A DNA stretch of 64,000 nt from Promethearchaeota archaeon (lineage in GTDB: Archaea; Asgardarchaeota; Lokiarchaeia; Sigyniarchaeales; SOKP01): assembly GCA_018238625.1 (NCBI GenBank), contig JABCSY010000006.1, positions 1-64,000 of the forward strand, in the 5' to 3' direction. Position numbers and translations under genes: made by a program. The notes under the pieces are model-generated. The model worked only from the letters and a program-made list of their open reading frames with translations, had not been told where the DNA came from and made no database searches. Positions 60,849 to 64,000 of the stretch are shown piece after piece. Positions within the stretch are counted from its first letter, which is position 1, and the number at the start of each line of letters is the position of its first letter.

Positions 60849-62356
60849 TATCCCTCCAGACCAATAATTTCTTGAGGATCGTCAGATTCATCTAACCCTT
60901 CGGCTTTTCGAAATTCATCCATGGTGCGGGATGCTATAATTTTAAAGTACTCTTTTAGTTCTTTATCAACTTCTGGAGCAATTCCGGGGCCTACTTGGTT
61001 TTCAAGTATTAAATTAACTTTTTCTTTAGCTCTCACGATTATATCTTTTGATCCGTTCCTTCTCCAAACCCCTCTTTTATCTCTATCTGCTAATTTTGGG
61101 ACAAAAATTTCTTTCCTAGTATTTTTTGATGTGTGCTTTAACATCATATAATTCTTCCCCTCATTTGCTACCCTTTTAATTTCATTTATAGCAAGTGTTT
61201 CCTCGTTGAATCTAATCCCTTTCATTCCATGATTAATCATATCAATTAATTCATCATCAATAACGAGTAATTCTAACGCTTCCGCTAAAGAAGATTCGTA
61301 GGTTCCCGCACACGTAATGTAATTTATTCCCGCTTGTACAGCGAAGAAGAGCGTCATAAATCTCTCAAATCCGTTTTGAATATCGAAACATTTTGATTCT
61401 GTAACGGCTCCTGGACCTCTAGAAGGAATCTTATAGAAGCGAGCTAACTGAGCTGCAGCTGCAGTGATTAAACCCGTTTCTATTGATCCCCAAGCAACAT
61501 TCCCGCTGGGAGGATCCATTGGACAATTCATTGTCGAATAAAAAACAGGTGTTCCAGGATTAATGAGTTCAGTAAGAACGATTGAAGATAAGACTTCCAT
61601 ATTTGTTTGTATTAACAATCCCGCTAAAGTTACTGGTGCAGTCGCTCCAGCACTAGCCGCAGACGCAATAATTATTGGCTGCTTGTATTTTGCAAAAACG
61701 AATAAGCCATTTAACATAATTTTAGTAAGCATAAGTGGACTTGTTGGGTTAAAAAACCCAATTAACCTTGGTCTTTTTTTTAGTTCATCTTCACCGCCAG
61801 CGATAATTGAAGTTAGATCCATCATATCCTTGCTTGCAACCCTCCCATAACACCCTAATCCAAAGGGTTTGTAACTATGTTCTGCCCAAGCACGTATACT
61901 GTGATAATGAGTTTCCGTATAGGGCACATCGTTTGGCCACACGTCTACGTGCGAACAAACTATGTTTTTTAGACTGTCTACGATCCGAATTTGACTTATA
62001 GTATCTTCAAGCAACGATTTTCGTACTCCGCTTTTTTTTTCAGGGGCGTACATTTTAACTGGCGTACCAACGGTCGCAAATTTTGTACTGGATGTATTTA
62101 CTTCAAACTTAAACGAACCGTCTGGCCCCCATAGACTGAAAGAATCGGGCACGATTTTAATAGTGTCTTTTACAAGGCTTTCAGGAAATTTTACATATTT
62201 ACTATTTTTATCAAATTCGGCTCCATTGTCAATTAGAAGATTCCTAGCTTCGGTAGACTCTATTCTAACGCCAATTGTTTCTAATAGTTCAATAGTGTTT
62301 TGATGTATAAGTTCAATTTCATCCTTTGTTAAAACTTCAATTTGATTCATTCTCAT
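60848..62356 (-). CDS. MttB-superfamily methyltransferase, non-pyrrolysine
   Basis: EIELIHQNTIELLETIG, NPTSPL, APVTLAG, NPGTP, AQLARFYKIP; uninterrupted ORF with no in-frame TAG. Confidence 0.88.
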   Translation of the reverse strand: MRMNQIEVLTKDEIELIHQNTIELLETIGVRIESTEARNLLIDNGAEFDKNSKYVKFPESLVKDTIKIVPDSFSLWGPDGSFKFEVNTSSTKFATVGTPVKMYAPEKKSGVRKSLLEDTISQIRIVDSLKNIVCSHVDVWPNDVPYTETHYHSIRAWAEHSYKPFGLGCYGRVASKDMMDLTSIIAGGEDELKKRPRLIGFFNPTSPLMLTKIMLNGLFVFAKYKQPIIIASAASAGATAPVTLAGLLIQTNMEVLSSIVLTELINPGTPVFYSTMNCPMDPPSGNVAWGSIETGLITAAAAQLARFYKIPSRGPGAVTESKCFDIQNGFERFMTLFFAVQAGINYITCAGTYESSLAEALELLVIDDELIDMINHGMKGIRFNEETLAINEIKRVANEGKNYMMLKHTSKNTRKEIFVPKLADRDKRGVWRRNGSKDIIVRAKEKVNLILENQVGPGIAPEVDKELKEYFKIIASRTMDEFRKAEGLDESDDPQEIIGLEG

Positions 62357-62528
62357 TGTGATTTCAAACCAGATAAGATATTTAAATTCTCTTTTAACAA
62401 GATATTATTTCATTATTTTAGTTCTAGAAACCATTAATTTATCTACTTTTTGAAAAACTTTTTTTTTCATAGAGGTTAGTAGATAACTAATAACTTTATT
62501 TTAAATTCTATTATTCAAAGGAGTTAAA

Positions 62529-63170
62529 ATGTCATTAGAAGAACAAGTGAAAGAACTTGTTGAGGAATGGGATGAGGATGGCTTAAAAGATCTATGTCAT
62601 TCAGTGTTAGATAACGAAGAAGCATCAGCAGAAGACCTCTTGGAAATTATTGGCAACCTCATGAAATTTATTGGTTCTCAATTTGAAAATGAAGATATTT
62701 TTCTACCTGACTTAATTGGTGCTGCGGGAGTCGTTAAAGTCGCAATCGACGAAGTCTTAGACCCTGCAATCAGAGCTTCTGGTAGTGAAAAGAAAACGCT
62801 CGGAAAAATTGTTATTGGAACCGTTGAAAGCGATGTACATAGTATTGGGAAGGATTTAGTATCGTCTTTTCTATTTTCAAATGGATTCGATGTCTATAAT
62901 TTAGGGGTAGAGGTTACTGCTGACGAATTTATTACTAAAGCAGAAGAAGTTGGCGCCAAAATTATAGGAATGTCTTCGTTATTAACGATGTCTATGGATT
63001 TTCAACGACAAGTTATAGAAGAATTGAAAAAAAGGGGATTGAGGGAGAAATATAAGGTTATCGTTGGTGGTGCTCCTACAACAGATGAATGGTCTGAGCA
63101 AATTGGAGCCGATGGCTGGGCAGATGATGCTATTGAAACGGTAAGTTTAGTAAAGAAATTAATTGAATAG
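62529..63170 (+). CDS. Methyltransferase cognate corrinoid protein
   Basis: GTVESDVHSIGK B12-binding motif, SSLLT, IVGGAP. Confidence 0.92.
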   Translation: MSLEEQVKELVEEWDEDGLKDLCHSVLDNEEASAEDLLEIIGNLMKFIGSQFENEDIFLPDLIGAAGVVKVAIDEVLDPAIRASGSEKKTLGKIVIGTVESDVHSIGKDLVSSFLFSNGFDVYNLGVEVTADEFITKAEEVGAKIIGMSSLLTMSMDFQRQVIEELKKRGLREKYKVIVGGAPTTDEWSEQIGADGWADDAIETVSLVKKLIE

Positions 63171-63200
63171 ATAAAAATAAGAGTGTAAGTCTGATTAACT

Positions 63201-64000
63201 ATGAAAATGGAAAAATTGAAAGTATTATCTACAGATGAAATTGAATTAATTCATTCTGCATCAATGGAATTACTATCAACCGTCGGTATTAAGATTGATG
63301 ATCAAGAAGTTAGAGAGTTACTTCAGGAAAAAGGTGCTGTTATTAATGATAATACCAAATTTGTAAAATTTCCTGAAAATTTTATTGAAGAGCAGATAAA
63401 AAAAGTACCCAGTTCTTTTAAATTACACGGGCCTGATGGATCTTTTAATTTTGAAGTAAATACGCACGATACCATTTTTGCAACTATAGGAACTCCAGTT
63501 AAAATATACGACCCAGAGAAAAAAAGCGGAGTACGAAAATCGTTGCTTGAAGATACAATTAAACAGATACGCGTCGTAGATAGCCTGGAAAACATCGTAT
63601 GTTCGCACGTAGACGTGTGGCCGGGAGATATACAATATACGACTATCCACGCTCGTTGTATCTACGAATGGGCTAAGAATACTAAGAAACCTTACGGTCT
63701 AGGCGTTTATGGGAAGCTTGCAAGTACAGATGTGATAAACATGGTCTCTATGATTGTAGGAGGAAACGATGAATTAATCAACAGACCTCGTCTTGTTGGG
63801 TTTTTTAACCCTACTAGCCCGCTTCATTTACCCCAAATCATGACAAATGGATTGCAAATCTTTGCGAAATACAAGCAGCCAACAATAATTGCTCCAGAAG
63901 CTCTTGCTGGATCCTCAGCACCAGTTACTTTAGCGGGATTATTAGCCCAAACCAACGCTGAAATTTTGGGTGGTGCTATTCTTGCTCAGATTTTTAACCC
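63201..64000 (+). CDS. Second MttB-superfamily methyltransferase (partial, runs off window; absent from ORF track)
   Basis: MKMEKLKVLSTDEIELIH...CSHVDVWP...RPRLVGFFNPTSPL...APVTLAGL; clear paralog of 60848-62356. Confidence 0.88.
   Translation, partial: MKMEKLKVLSTDEIELIHSASMELLSTVGIKIDDQEVRELLQEKGAVINDNTKFVKFPENFIEEQIKKVPSSFKLHGPDGSFNFEVNTHDTIFATIGTPVKIYDPEKKSGVRKSLLEDTIKQIRVVDSLENIVCSHVDVWPGDIQYTTIHARCIYEWAKNTKKPYGLGVYGKLASTDVINMVSMIVGGNDELINRPRLVGFFNPTSPLHLPQIMTNGLQIFAKYKQPTIIAPEALAGSSAPVTLAGLLAQTNAEILGGAILAQIFN

Noticed and set aside
60848-62356. Pyrrolysine-containing trimethylamine methyltransferase
   Set aside because: The ORF is continuous with no in-frame TAG. The equivalent site of the second copy lies outside the window.
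1-64000. CRISPR arrays, tRNA or rRNA genes
   Set aside because: No regularly spaced repeat-spacer array or GC-rich structural RNA gene was seen by eye. Further stop-free in-frame introns cannot be excluded without a computational scan.

Overview
AT-rich, gene-dense archaeal window, most consistent with an Asgard (Lokiarchaeia-like) genome: it has TBP, archaeal mevalonate/ether-lipid genes, Rab- and Rag-like GTPases fused to roadblock-like domains, and longin-domain proteins. In order it contains a ~14 kb PAS histidine kinase/response regulator array (1-15 kb), an amidohydrolase, a HEPN-MNT pair and a GCS2 ligase. Next comes a near-complete isoprenoid cluster (23-39 kb: uppS, HMGS, HMGR, UbiD/AcnX/UbiX archaeal mevalonate route, MVK, IPK-IDI2 fusion, GGPPS, GGR). 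After that come a GH38 mannosidase, an IS200/IS605 tnpB element, small GTPases, two DNA methyltransferases, two 7TM-longin proteins and an MttB/corrinoid locus. The main finding is that two unrelated protein-coding genes are each interrupted by a short insertion: mevalonate kinase (31 nt, 30476-30506) and GH38 alpha-mannosidase (30 nt, 42701-42730). Both lie directly after a Glu codon in the conserved N-terminal motif and fold into bulge-helix-bulge (BHB) splice-site geometry with the shared signature nnnG-AA^A...Cnnn-AT^Y. Precise excision restores GKTILFGE|HFVVYG and HWDRE|WY. These look like tRNA-endonuclease-type micro-introns in mRNAs. Splicing is inferred from sequence only. All annotation was done by eye, with no database searches.
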